Positions 31,342-41,120 of a DNA stretch of 64,000 nucleotides are shown one piece after another. The stretch lies in contig JAQBVF010000001.1 in assembly GCA_027623675.1 (NCBI GenBank), forward strand, positions 64,001-128,000, read 5' to 3'. The position numbers and the translations under genes were made by a program. The notes under the pieces are model-generated. The model worked only from the letters and a program-made list of their open reading frames with translations. It did no database searches and had not been told where the DNA came from. Each line of letters begins with the position of its first letter. Position 1 is the stretch's first letter. Source of the DNA: Chloroflexota bacterium (GTDB taxonomy: Bacteria > Chloroflexota > Dehalococcoidia > Lucifugimonadales > UBA3495).

Positions 31342-32187
31342 TTAGCTGATGCCGGTGATTCGCTGCACCTGGTAACGCAGGGTTCCCTTGGGGACGTTGA
31401 TGGTCACTTCATCGCCAACTGAGCGGTCCAAAAGGGCCTGACCCACGGGGGATGTGGTGGATATCTTGCCCTCTGTAACGTCGGCCTCGCGGACATCGAC
31501 CAGGGTGTAGGCCACGGTCTTGCCCGAGTTAGTGTCTTTCAGGGTAATCTTGGCGCCGACCGAGGAACGCGCAACCTTGGAGGAGGCGCCCACCGGCAGT
31601 ATCTGGGCGTTGTTGATGCTGGCTTCCAATTCGCGGATACGGAGTTCGATGATTCCCTGTTGGTCTTTTGCGGCGTCTAGAGGAGCGTTTTCCCGGAAGT
31701 CTTTGTCGGCCATGGCCCGTTTGATGTCTTCAAGAACGAGGGCCCGCTGGTCTTTTAAATCTTCCAACTGGGCAACCAAGCGGTCATAGCCTTCTTGGCT
31801 GAGTTGGGAACCGGAGTGAATAGCACGGGAGGCGGAGCGGGTGGAGGTTTTAGAAGCTCCGGTGGTGCGGCGGGTGCGGGGGACTCGGAGGTGGGATGCC
31901 AAGCCATTGTCGATCCAACCCTGGTCCTTCCAATAGGCCAGGAACACTTTTACTGGGGCCAGACGGTTCGCGGACTCTGATCCGCCGAGACCGATCTGTT
32001 GAGCGTATTCTGCCACTTCAGAGGGCGAGAGCTCGGACACCTTTCGTTCTCTGCCACACCAGGCCACGAACCGGCCTAGTTCCTGGTGGCTCTGCTGGAC
32101 TGTTTTGGCAGATTTCTTTGCCGCCACAAATTGGGTCAGAGCTTCCGAGATTGAAATATTTGTTGAAATGCCTTGCTCAGTCGCCAC
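31342..32187 (-). CDS. greA: Transcription elongation factor GreA with a ~105-aa N-terminal helical domain
   Basis: C-terminal LSQEGYDRL...ADKDFRENA...GKISTTSPVGQALL is GreA; extra N-terminal domain plus a basic linker. Confidence 0.9.
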   Translation of the reverse strand: MATEQGISTNISISEALTQFVAAKKSAKTVQQSHQELGRFVAWCGRERKVSELSPSEVAEYAQQIGLGGSESANRLAPVKVFLAYWKDQGWIDNGLASHLRVPRTRRTTGASKTSTRSASRAIHSGSQLSQEGYDRLVAQLEDLKDQRALVLEDIKRAMADKDFRENAPLDAAKDQQGIIELRIRELEASINNAQILPVGASSKVARSSVGAKITLKDTNSGKTVAYTLVDVREADVTEGKISTTSPVGQALLDRSVGDEVTINVPKGTLRYQVQRITGIS

Positions 32188-32710
32188 TCAAGTACCTCCA
32201 CCGTCAGTCAATTTTCAGATTGCGTAGAAGGACACCATGAATCTTAGGGATATTTCGAGGTTTTGCCGGAGAGCCTAGAGGGGACGCCGCCGGACCAAAC
32301 CTTGGGTGACGCGGCTCCGAATCGTCCGAAAAATCGGCTTTTTTCGAGACGAACACTAAGCTAAATATAGCAGTTTTCACCGGTTAAGGCAATCAGAAGA
32401 CACAACCCGGACGGCGGCGGATGGCCTGGAAAATCCGCCAGATTTGGGGTTGCTGATTGGTCGCAACCGAACCCGGGAACCCACTGTCCATAGAATGCCC
32501 CCTGGGTGCATAGGTCTCCCGGAGAAACGGAAATTCCGGTCAAACCAGACGGTCCTCGTCCCTCAGATGCACATCTAAAATCTTTGACTATGTGCCTGCG
32601 AGGATGTAGCATACGTTCGCATTTGCGCAATATGTTTACCTAATCACCGTCGCCGGCCCCACCATGCCAGCACGGTGTTGGTTCGCCACCCTAACTAAGA
32701 GATAAGAAAC

Positions 32711-34999
32711 ATGAGCCCCCAAATTCAGCCCAATCCTGGCTCGGCGCTGGCCGGTCCCGCAGCCAATCCGGCGTTCGTGAAAGAACTGGACCGCCTGGTT
32801 GCCCTGGCCCGCCAAGGCCACAAACCAGAAACTCCCTTCAACAACCCCTCCAACGATTGGCTCATCAGCCACATGAATGTGCTGCAAGACCTTCCCGACA
32901 GCGACCAGCAGAAATTTCTCAACGAAGCCAGCCTCATAAACAAGGAGGCCGAAGAGGCCAACGCGGCCGGAAGGGCGGCTGGACGCGCCTGGCCCGGGGT
33001 CGTCGTGCGCCTGGACACCGGCGGGTTCGCCTTCTTCAGCCAACTGGGCGTCGTCCGCCGGCCCGACCTGACACAGTATTTCATCGACGGGTTCGCCAAG
33101 AACCGGGACGGCGTGTTTTTCAGCGAAGCGAGCCAGGCCCTGTTCGCCGAGGTGTTTACCTACCTGAACGCGTACCTGGAAGAGAAACTGGCGTCCGGCG
33201 ACACCATTGTCCAGACCGACCGGCAGATCGGCGACGCTCCAGGGCGCTCTTTTCACGCCCGGCAGATGCTGTTCGGCACGCAGTACATGCAGATCCCCCT
33301 CATGTGGCGTCAACTAACGTTCGATGCCAGCGAGGAGGTCCGCCGCCAGGAACCGGACATCCTTGAAGTTTCCCTGCCCCACTGGTTGGATGACCTGGGA
33401 ATGCCCGAAGGACTGAAGCAGCGGATCCGAGATTCGGGTCTGACCCAACTGGTGTTCAAGGCGCCCACCCGCGGCCTTTCCCTGCACCTGGGCTTCGACT
33501 ACGTGGGCGAACACAAGATGGGACCTCTGTCCATCGCCATGTTCAAGGTGAAAGAGGTCGACGGACTGGCCATTCAAGCCGCGCTCAGCATGGCCCGGGT
33601 CAAGACGCTGTCCGGCCAGACCAAGAACACGGCCCTGATCACGGTGGGGCCGTCCCTACACGGCAAGAGCACGCTGACCATCATGCTGGAGTTGGCCAAC
33701 AGCCAACTGGCCAAGACACTCAAACTGAAGACCGACGCCGATGAAGGCGTCTACCCCATGAACGACGACATCGTGCTGCTGCAGCCGCTAAAGGACCCGG
33801 TCACCGTCACCAAGGACGGCAAGCAGTCCACCCTCTACTACGGCATCGACGGCACCGAGAACAACCTCTACGCCATGCCCTTCGGCCTGAACAAGTCGGA
33901 AGACCCCATCACATTTGAAGCCGTCAGGGGCACCGAACAGGACCCCAACTCCCAGGAGACACTGGAGAACGTTCCGGTCGACCTGGACTCATGGACCCCC
34001 AATTTCCTATCCAACCCGGTCCGCAACATGCGGGTAACCCTTTCCCGCACCCGGTTGGTGGCCCGCAAGGGCGCCGCTGACCTGCTCAAGAAGATCACCA
34101 ACGGCCGGGAGACCGAGGGCGTCCACGTGCCCATCGAGAACACCGACCAGGTGTACTGGCAGGCCGTGATGCGCCAGAACACGGTTGTGCCCCCGCTGCG
34201 GCGCCTGACCCCCGAGGCCTACATCCGCATCCTGATGTACGGCGAAGCGGTCCAGATGGGCGCCGCCATCGGGGCCATTGGCCGTCCCTACGTGGAATAC
34301 TTCTCCGACCCGTTCATCATCGGGCTGGAAGACGAGAACGCCAATAACCTCTACAAGATCGTCAAAAAGATCGAGGAGGGCGGCCTGCACCAGCAATACT
34401 ACGTGTTCAACACCGGTGGCGTGGGAGCCGACAACAACGACCAGGCCAGCGGCGCCAAGTACAAGAAGATACCCCGAGAACTGACACTGATGCTCCAAGA
34501 GGCTTTGCTTCGGGACGCAGTCAAGTTCGAACGTGAGCCTAACTTGGGCTCAGATCTGGCCGTGGCCATCGTGGACGCAGCGGGCAATGAGGTAGTCGAC
34601 CTGCGGGCCGAGTGGCTGCCGCAGAACATCTACGGAGCGGACGATTACTCCCATCGCATAACCGAGTTGAGCCGCCGCCGGTTCTACGGCGAGAGTCAGG
34701 AAGACAAAGCCGGGATACTCCGCTACACCAAGGTCCTGAACGACCTGTACGACCTGTCGGACATTCCGGTCCCGGCCAACGAACGCGAATTGACCTGGCT
34801 GCTGTCCTTCTACTGGAACGCCGACCAGGCATACAGCACCCTTTCCGAGCTTGACGCCCACCGAGGCGAGGGAAGCGCACCCGGCGGAGACGTTTTACGG
34901 CAGTTGCAAGAGCAGTACGCCGCGGCGGCCGCCAACGGCATCACCCTGCCGTCCGGCTGCGCCGCTCTGTTAGCCAACCTGGGCATCAAGGCTTCCTAG
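32711..34999 (+). CDS. Divergent phosphoenolpyruvate carboxykinase (ATP)-like protein
   Basis: YVGEHKMG, GPSLHGKST P-loop, NDD kinase-2, GTEN, ENV, N.R and FNTG, in PEPCK order. Confidence 0.7.
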   Translation: MSPQIQPNPGSALAGPAANPAFVKELDRLVALARQGHKPETPFNNPSNDWLISHMNVLQDLPDSDQQKFLNEASLINKEAEEANAAGRAAGRAWPGVVVRLDTGGFAFFSQLGVVRRPDLTQYFIDGFAKNRDGVFFSEASQALFAEVFTYLNAYLEEKLASGDTIVQTDRQIGDAPGRSFHARQMLFGTQYMQIPLMWRQLTFDASEEVRRQEPDILEVSLPHWLDDLGMPEGLKQRIRDSGLTQLVFKAPTRGLSLHLGFDYVGEHKMGPLSIAMFKVKEVDGLAIQAALSMARVKTLSGQTKNTALITVGPSLHGKSTLTIMLELANSQLAKTLKLKTDADEGVYPMNDDIVLLQPLKDPVTVTKDGKQSTLYYGIDGTENNLYAMPFGLNKSEDPITFEAVRGTEQDPNSQETLENVPVDLDSWTPNFLSNPVRNMRVTLSRTRLVARKGAADLLKKITNGRETEGVHVPIENTDQVYWQAVMRQNTVVPPLRRLTPEAYIRILMYGEAVQMGAAIGAIGRPYVEYFSDPFIIGLEDENANNLYKIVKKIEEGGLHQQYYVFNTGGVGADNNDQASGAKYKKIPRELTLMLQEALLRDAVKFEREPNLGSDLAVAIVDAAGNEVVDLRAEWLPQNIYGADDYSHRITELSRRRFYGESQEDKAGILRYTKVLNDLYDLSDIPVPANERELTWLLSFYWNADQAYSTLSELDAHRGEGSAPGGDVLRQLQEQYAAAAANGITLPSGCAALLANLGIKAS

Positions 35000-35304
35000 T
35001 AGGCCAATACCGGGTAAGCCACTACCGTAAGCCACTACTGGACCCGGACCGGCCCTCAGCCGGTTGCGTGTCCGGAGCCGGCCAGCGTAGGTATTCTACT
35101 GGTTGCCTTGCTGTTCGGTCGTCTTCGGCCGGTCCCGGTTTTTGACTGTCCTCGATTCATCGAACACCCGCTATACTGAGACCCGAGCGGGGCCAAACCA
35201 GTCTGGCCCGACGCCAGGCTTATCGGTCCGGTATCCACGGGCAATCTCCACGGGCGCAATATCATTGGGCGAGATCCATTGGCCAAAACACAGGAGGGCG
35301 CGAC

Positions 35305-36273
35305 ATGAAAGCAGTACAGATCACCGAATTCGGCGGCCCCGAGGTAATGAAGTACACAGACGTGGCCGACCCGGTCCCCGGCGAAGGGGAAGCGCTGGTC
35401 CAGATACAGGCTGCCGGCGTTAACTTCACCGATGTCTACAGCCGCCAAGGCGTCAACCCCGGCCCCCCTCTGCCCCGGATCATCGGAGTGGAAGGCGCGG
35501 GTGTGGTCAAGGCCGTCGGCCCCGGCGTGACCGAGGTCAAGGCCGGCGACGAAGTGACCTATTGCACCGCCCCCGGCACCTATGCCGAGTTGGCCATCGT
35601 GCCCGCCTGGCGGCTGATGATCCGCCCTCCCGGAGTGGATGCAAAAGCCGGGGCCGCGGCCATCCTCCAGGGGATGACGGCGCACTATCTGTGCCACTCC
35701 ACCTACGCCGTGCAGAAGGGCGACAAAGTCATAGTCCACGCCGGGGCCGGCGGAATGGGCCTCCTGCTCACCCAGATGATCAAGAAGTTGGGCGGCTACG
35801 TGTTCTCGACGGTCTCCACCGAGGAGAAAGCCGAGCTCTCCAAGCAGGCCGGCGCGGACCACGTGATCATGTACACCCAGCAGGACTTCGCCGAAGAGGT
35901 CAAGAAGGCCACCAACGGCGAAGGCGTTCAGGTGGTGTACGACGGCGTTGGCAAGACCACCTTCAACCAGAGCATCAGCTCGCTAGGCCGCCGTGGCCAC
36001 ATGGTGCTGTACGGCGCTGCCAGTGGAGCCCCCGACCCCATCAGCCCCGGCATCCTGGGCGCCGGGTCACTTTCGCTAACCCGTCCCGGGCTGGGCGACT
36101 ACACCGTGAACCGGGCCGAGCTGGAAAAGCGGGCCGGCGACGTTCTCGGCTGGGTCAGTTCCGGTGAACTGAAGCTGCGCATCGGCGGCGAGTTCCCGTT
36201 GTCGGAAGCCTCCGAGGCCCACCGTGCTCTGGAGAGCCGAGCCACCACCGGCAAACTGCTGCTGATTCCCTAG
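35305..36273 (+). CDS. qor: NADPH:quinone oxidoreductase (zeta-crystallin-like MDR)
   Basis: GGPEVM, GVNF.D, GMTAHYL, HAGAGGMG, VYDGVGK and TTGKLLL motifs. Confidence 0.9.
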   Translation: MKAVQITEFGGPEVMKYTDVADPVPGEGEALVQIQAAGVNFTDVYSRQGVNPGPPLPRIIGVEGAGVVKAVGPGVTEVKAGDEVTYCTAPGTYAELAIVPAWRLMIRPPGVDAKAGAAAILQGMTAHYLCHSTYAVQKGDKVIVHAGAGGMGLLLTQMIKKLGGYVFSTVSTEEKAELSKQAGADHVIMYTQQDFAEEVKKATNGEGVQVVYDGVGKTTFNQSISSLGRRGHMVLYGAASGAPDPISPGILGAGSLSLTRPGLGDYTVNRAELEKRAGDVLGWVSSGELKLRIGGEFPLSEASEAHRALESRATTGKLLLIP

Positions 36274-36397
36274 ACGGATCAGACGAGCAGGGCCGAACGG
36301 CCCTTCACCAGCCTAGAGACCAGGCCGCATGATAATTGTTGACCAAGTTAGTCGACTTTAATATAATCGTGGCAGGCGAACCCATTAGGAGGCAGAC

Positions 36398-36706
36398 ATG
36401 CCAGAGGCAACCGTCACCACTGAAGCCATATATGAGGCATTGAAATCGGTGTACGATCCGGAGATTCCGGTCAACATCGTAGACCTGGGACTGGTTTACG
36501 ACGTCCAGATCAAGGATTCCGATGTTTACGTGCAGATGACTCTGACCTTCCCCGGTTGCGGCATGGGCCCGTACATCGGCCAGCAGGCTGAGTGGGCGCT
36601 GCAGGAACTGGACGGCGTCGAAGAGGTCCAGATCGAGATGGTATTCGACCCGCCCTGGTCTCCCGAACTGATCAGCGCGGAAGCCCGGGAACAACTGGGC
36701 ATCTAA
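36398..36706 (+). CDS. DUF59/SufT-like Fe-S cluster assembly protein
   Basis: DPEIPVNIVDLGLVY, MTLTFPGCGM and FDPPWS motifs. Confidence 0.92.
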   Translation: MPEATVTTEAIYEALKSVYDPEIPVNIVDLGLVYDVQIKDSDVYVQMTLTFPGCGMGPYIGQQAEWALQELDGVEEVQIEMVFDPPWSPELISAEAREQLGI

Positions 36707-36826
36707 ACCGCGCCCCGACCCGTTTTCACGAACCATGCGCTCCTATTTGGACGCATGGTTCCCTTGCCCCTGAATATAGGGCCACCAAACGGCAATCAGA
36801 AACCCTGAGCCACAGCCGGAGGACGC

Positions 36827-37636
36827 ATGCCCACGCCCCAGGAAACCGCGCGCCTGGAACAGATCAAACGAACCTGGCAGCAGAAACGCCAGATCACCGA
36901 GCGCCTGGACAAGATCAAGACCAAGATCGGCGTTTACAGCGGTAAAGGCGGCGTGGGTAAGACCACGGTCGCCGTTAACCTGGCCGTGACTTTGGCCGCC
37001 CAGGGAAACACCGTGGGCCTCTTGGACGTGGACATAGACTGCCCCAACGTCACCAAGGTCATGGGCATCACCGACAAGCCGGACTATGTTGACAACCAGA
37101 TCATTCCCTCGGAGAAATGGGGCGTGAAAGTGGTCTCAATGGCCTTCTTCCAAGAGAAAGAGGACGAGGCCATCATCTGGCGCGGACCCATGATTCATAA
37201 CGCCATCAACCAGTTCCTCCAGGCCACCGATTGGCAGGAACTGGATTACCTCGTCGTAGACCTGCCGCCGGGCACGTCCGACTCTCCGTTGACCATCATG
37301 CAGGGCCTGCCCATGGACGGGTTCGTGGTCGTCAGCACCCCTCAGGACCTGGCCAACCTGGACGCCAAACGCTGCATCAACATGATCCGCAAGTTGAACC
37401 TGAACGTGCTGGGCGTGGTGGAGAACTACACCGGCGAGGTCTTTGGGCACGGCGGCGGAAAGAACCTGGCGAAAGAGACGGATGTCCCCTTCCTAGGAGA
37501 CCTGGCGCTCAGGTCCGCCTACCGCGACTCATCCAAGCCCACAGCCCTCCTGGACAAGTCGGTGGGAGAAGAGTTCACCGCGCTGTCTGAGGCGATCAAG
37601 AAAAGCCTCAAGGAATTTGGCTGCCAGGCGGCTTAA
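36827..37636 (+). CDS. Mrp/ApbC/NBP35-family P-loop ATPase lacking the CxxC motif
   Basis: SGKGGVGKTT, IWRGPM, DLPPGTSD and VVEN motifs. Confidence 0.9.
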   Translation: MPTPQETARLEQIKRTWQQKRQITERLDKIKTKIGVYSGKGGVGKTTVAVNLAVTLAAQGNTVGLLDVDIDCPNVTKVMGITDKPDYVDNQIIPSEKWGVKVVSMAFFQEKEDEAIIWRGPMIHNAINQFLQATDWQELDYLVVDLPPGTSDSPLTIMQGLPMDGFVVVSTPQDLANLDAKRCINMIRKLNLNVLGVVENYTGEVFGHGGGKNLAKETDVPFLGDLALRSAYRDSSKPTALLDKSVGEEFTALSEAIKKSLKEFGCQAA

Positions 37637-37705
37637 CACAAAGGGGTTAAGGACGGGCGCGGTGGACCAAACGTGCTGTCCGGCCCGCGCCGCAGCTACC
37701 GGCGA

Positions 37706-39541
37706 CTAATCGTCGGAAGAAACCTGGGCCTCCGCAGGTTCTTCCGGCCGGTCCTTTCTTTTTTGTCTGCGGGATGGCCGCTCGGCCGGCGCATCGCCCG
37801 ACGAGATACTCATCAGCAATTCCACTTCGCGGTTCATCGCTTCCTGAGAATGGCCGCTGCCCTCACCCATCCTGCGAAACTTTTGGTACCGCTTCTTCAA
37901 CAGCTTGCCCTGCGACAACCGCGACAGTTGGGCCAGGTTGGTCAAGATCGCCGCCTGCAACGCCGCCGAAGCCTCGCGGGGGTCAACGTGAGCCCCGCCC
38001 TTCGGCTCGGGAACGATCTGGTCGGCGATGCCCAATTCCAGGCAGTCCCGGGCCGTCAGCATCAGGGCCTCAGCCGCTTCACGGTCCAGCATGTGGTCGT
38101 GGTGGCCGGCGCCCAACGTGCGGTTCACGGATATGGGCGAATAGATGGCATACTGCTGCATCAAGATCCGGTCCGACAACCCCAGAGCCAGGGCTCCCTC
38201 ACTGCCGCCCTCGCCGATAACCACGGAAACCACGGGCGTTGGAACGTTCAGCATGGAAGAAAGCGTCATGGCGATGGCGTTGCCGATGCCCTGTTCCTCG
38301 GCTTCCAACCCCGGGTCCGCGCCTTGGGTATCTATCAGGGTGACCAACGGCAACTTGAACCGGGAGGCCAGGTCGATCACCCGCTGCGCCTTGCGCAGGC
38401 CGTCGGGGAAAACGTGGTACCGCTCGCCTTCCGCCAGAGGCCGCCGCTGCTGGCCGATCACCGCCACCGGCTCGCCTTCTAGAAACCCCACTCCGGCGAC
38501 CACAGACCGGTCATCGCTGTTCAACCGGTCGCCGCGCAGTTCGATGAACGGGTCGAGAATCGACCGGAAATATGCCCCAGCTTGCGGGCGCTCCGAATTG
38601 CGGGCGGCGGTCACTGCCTCCCATGGCTCGATATCGGCGCACTCCTCGGGTTCCACTTTCAACAGATGTTTATGGTTGAACTTTCCCTGTTTCTGAGCCG
38701 TCAGTATCTGCAGCAACGAAGCGATCCTGGGCTGCAGATTCTCACGGTCAACCACGTTGTCCAAAAGGCCATGACCAACATGGGCTTCGGCGGTGTGGGC
38801 GTCGAGCGGCAGAGGCATCTTGGACACCTCCCGCAGCGTTCGCAGGGGAGATAGCCCGATCAAGGACCCCGGTTCGGCCAGGATCACATCTGCCAGGTTG
38901 GCGAAGCTGGCGTAGGCCTGCCCGGTGGAGGGGTTGGCCAGGACCACGATGAATGGCACTTCGGCGTCACGCAGCCGGTTGGCGGCGGTAACCGTCTTGG
39001 CCATCTGCATCAGCGACAAGACGCCCTCTTGGATCCGGACTCCGCCGCCGGAGACGACGGCCACAACCGGCAATCCCCGCCGGGCCGCGCTCTCAAAGGC
39101 CATGGAAACCTTTTCGCCGACCACGCTGCCCATGGTCCCGCCCATGAACCCGAAGTCCAGAACGACCAGCATGGCCTCGGTATCGCCGATGCGGCACCTA
39201 CCGGCGACGGCTGCTTCGGTGAGGCCGGTGCGGTCCTGGTCCTGGGTGAGGAATTTCTTGTAGCGGCTCCGGCGGGAGAACGACAGGGGCTCCACCGAAC
39301 TGACGTACTTATACGACTCTTTGAAGGTTCCCTGGTCGGTCAATAGCTCGATGCGCTGCCGGGCCGTGACGGTGTAGTGGAAACGGCAGAATGGGCAGAC
39401 GCGGTAGGTCAGGTAGGAGGGGGAATCGCTGATTGGCTCTTCGCAAAACAAACACCGGTCATGGATCACCGAAAGGTAGGTCCGGTCGGGTTCGCCGTCA
39501 CGGTTAAAAAGATGGACGAGGAAGTTGGCCAGGTTACGCAA
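37706..39541 (-). CDS. Fused acetyl-CoA carboxylase carboxyltransferase beta-alpha (AccD-AccA)-like protein
   Basis: C4 Zn finger (CLFC..CPFC), FMGGTMGSVVGEK, QEGVLSLMQMAKT, then ELRGDR, IDTQGA.PG..AEE.G and RYQKFR. Confidence 0.85.
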   Translation of the reverse strand: MRNLANFLVHLFNRDGEPDRTYLSVIHDRCLFCEEPISDSPSYLTYRVCPFCRFHYTVTARQRIELLTDQGTFKESYKYVSSVEPLSFSRRSRYKKFLTQDQDRTGLTEAAVAGRCRIGDTEAMLVVLDFGFMGGTMGSVVGEKVSMAFESAARRGLPVVAVVSGGGVRIQEGVLSLMQMAKTVTAANRLRDAEVPFIVVLANPSTGQAYASFANLADVILAEPGSLIGLSPLRTLREVSKMPLPLDAHTAEAHVGHGLLDNVVDRENLQPRIASLLQILTAQKQGKFNHKHLLKVEPEECADIEPWEAVTAARNSERPQAGAYFRSILDPFIELRGDRLNSDDRSVVAGVGFLEGEPVAVIGQQRRPLAEGERYHVFPDGLRKAQRVIDLASRFKLPLVTLIDTQGADPGLEAEEQGIGNAIAMTLSSMLNVPTPVVSVVIGEGGSEGALALGLSDRILMQQYAIYSPISVNRTLGAGHHDHMLDREAAEALMLTARDCLELGIADQIVPEPKGGAHVDPREASAALQAAILTNLAQLSRLSQGKLLKKRYQKFRRMGEGSGHSQEAMNREVELLMSISSGDAPAERPSRRQKRKDRPEEPAEAQVSSDD

Positions 39542-40127
39542 ATAGATCCTCCGGCGTTCGCCAAAAGCGGACCACGCCGCCCCAAAGGCCAGCGTCAGCC
39601 CCGCATTCTGCTCTGTTCATCATACAAAACCTACACTGATATTGAAATCCTGCACAGTGGCATTTGACAGGTCAAAATCCCGATCTACGCCGCAAAACCG
39701 CTCGATCGATATTCCGGCTGATATTCCGGGTGATATTCCGGCTAGGCACCAGGTCCTCGATGGCGTTCCGGCCTGGAGCGTTGGGTTCAGAGAAGCCTAC
39801 ATTAGTCGTTCAACGAAGGACGGTTCTTTCGGTTAGCATTCATCCATTTTATCCGGACCCTGGAATTTTATCCGAACCCTGGTAGAATCTCCCCTGAAAT
39901 AGTTTCCCATTTCAGTTATGCCGGCCGTCGTTTAACGCTGCCTGGTCTTTGTGGCGCGGCCCCCAATATGGAATACGAACGTACCCAGCGCGATTGATCG
40001 CTCTGATGCTCATCCCGTCATATAACTACTACGAAATCTCAGACCGTTCCGGCTTTCAGTTGGACCGGGCCCCATGGGTAATTCCTTTAATCGCGGTCAA
40101 CAAAAGCGATAACCAGGAGCCTGATAG

Positions 40128-40861
40128 ATGCCAGCAACTTGAGTGTATATCGACGTCAACGCAAGCACCATGGAAAGATATCTGACACAGCCGGAGACGG
40201 AAGGGCGGCACCCGGCGGTGGTGGTGATTCAAGAGATCTGGGGGGTGAACTTGCACATACAACGCACATGCAATCAGGGGTGGACCGGCTGCCGCCCCAC
40301 GGCTACGTTGGACTGGCGTCGGCCATGTTCCACCGCGAGGGCCGCATGGTTACCGGACTGCACGAGGAGATGGACACCGCCATCGGCTGGATGCGCCGGT
40401 GCACCGACGCCACCATACTCTCAGATGTCACGGCCGCGGTCGACTACATCAAAGCACAAGCGTTCGTGCAAGGCGACAAGATCGGCATCGTCGGATTCTG
40501 CTTCGGTGGCCGGGTGTCTTACCTGGCTTCCTGCAACATCTCCGACCTCTCGGCGTCGGTCGTTTTCTACGGCGGTGGTATCGGCGTGGCCATGGGCGAC
40601 GGCCCTTCGCCATTGGACCAGACCGCCAACGCCGGTTGTCCCATATTGGGGCTTTTCGGCGAGGAAGACGCCAACCCGACGCCGGAAGACGTGGCCAAGA
40701 TGGACGCAGCGTTGAATCGGCACGGCAAGGCCCACAGGTTTCATAGCTATGCGGGCGCGGGGCACGGTTTCCACTGCGAAGCCCGGGCCAGCTACCGCCC
40801 GGAAGCAGCCTCGGATGCCTGGGCTAAAACCATCGCCTGGTTCGACAAGTATCTAAAGTAA
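40128..40861 (+). pseudogene. Dienelactone hydrolase family pseudogene
   Basis: AGGAG RBS then ATG CCA GCA ACT TGA (stop at codon 5). VVIQEIWGVN is in one frame and GFCFGG / AGHGF in another; an 11-nt tandem duplication at 40253-40274 explains the shift. Confidence 0.85.
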
Positions 40862-41120
40862 GGCCGCGGAGCGCCACTAAATCATCGGCACCGGGCCGGT
40901 CTGCGGTCCGAACGCACCGGCCCTCCGCGTAAGACTCCCCGGTCTCTCAATATCCAGACGCACCCGTTGGGGCCGGGCCAGTTGCGGCGTGGTAAGCTTT
41001 CTCCGATGAATCTCCGAGATATGGATCCCGGCTCAATATTCGGTTTGCACCCTGCAGCCTCTCCGGTTCGGGCGATGGCGCAGGTCGGACCAACGAGCGG
41101 GCCCACGAAAAGGCGTTGCA

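Noticed and set aside
32190..32710. Hairpin-rich greA/PEPCK intergenic region as a known riboswitch
   Set aside because: A few local hairpins are present but no recognisable aptamer consensus or terminator; it is explained as a divergent promoter region.
39708..39743. GATATTCCGG(C/G)T x3 as iterons or a CRISPR
   Set aside because: Only three contiguous 12-mers with no rep or cas gene; treated as a micro-duplication.
40140..40142. In-frame TGA in the dienelactone hydrolase gene as a second selenocysteine
   Set aside because: It is not at a catalytic Cys position (likely Trp), and the gene also carries a frameshift, so it is a pseudogene lesion.
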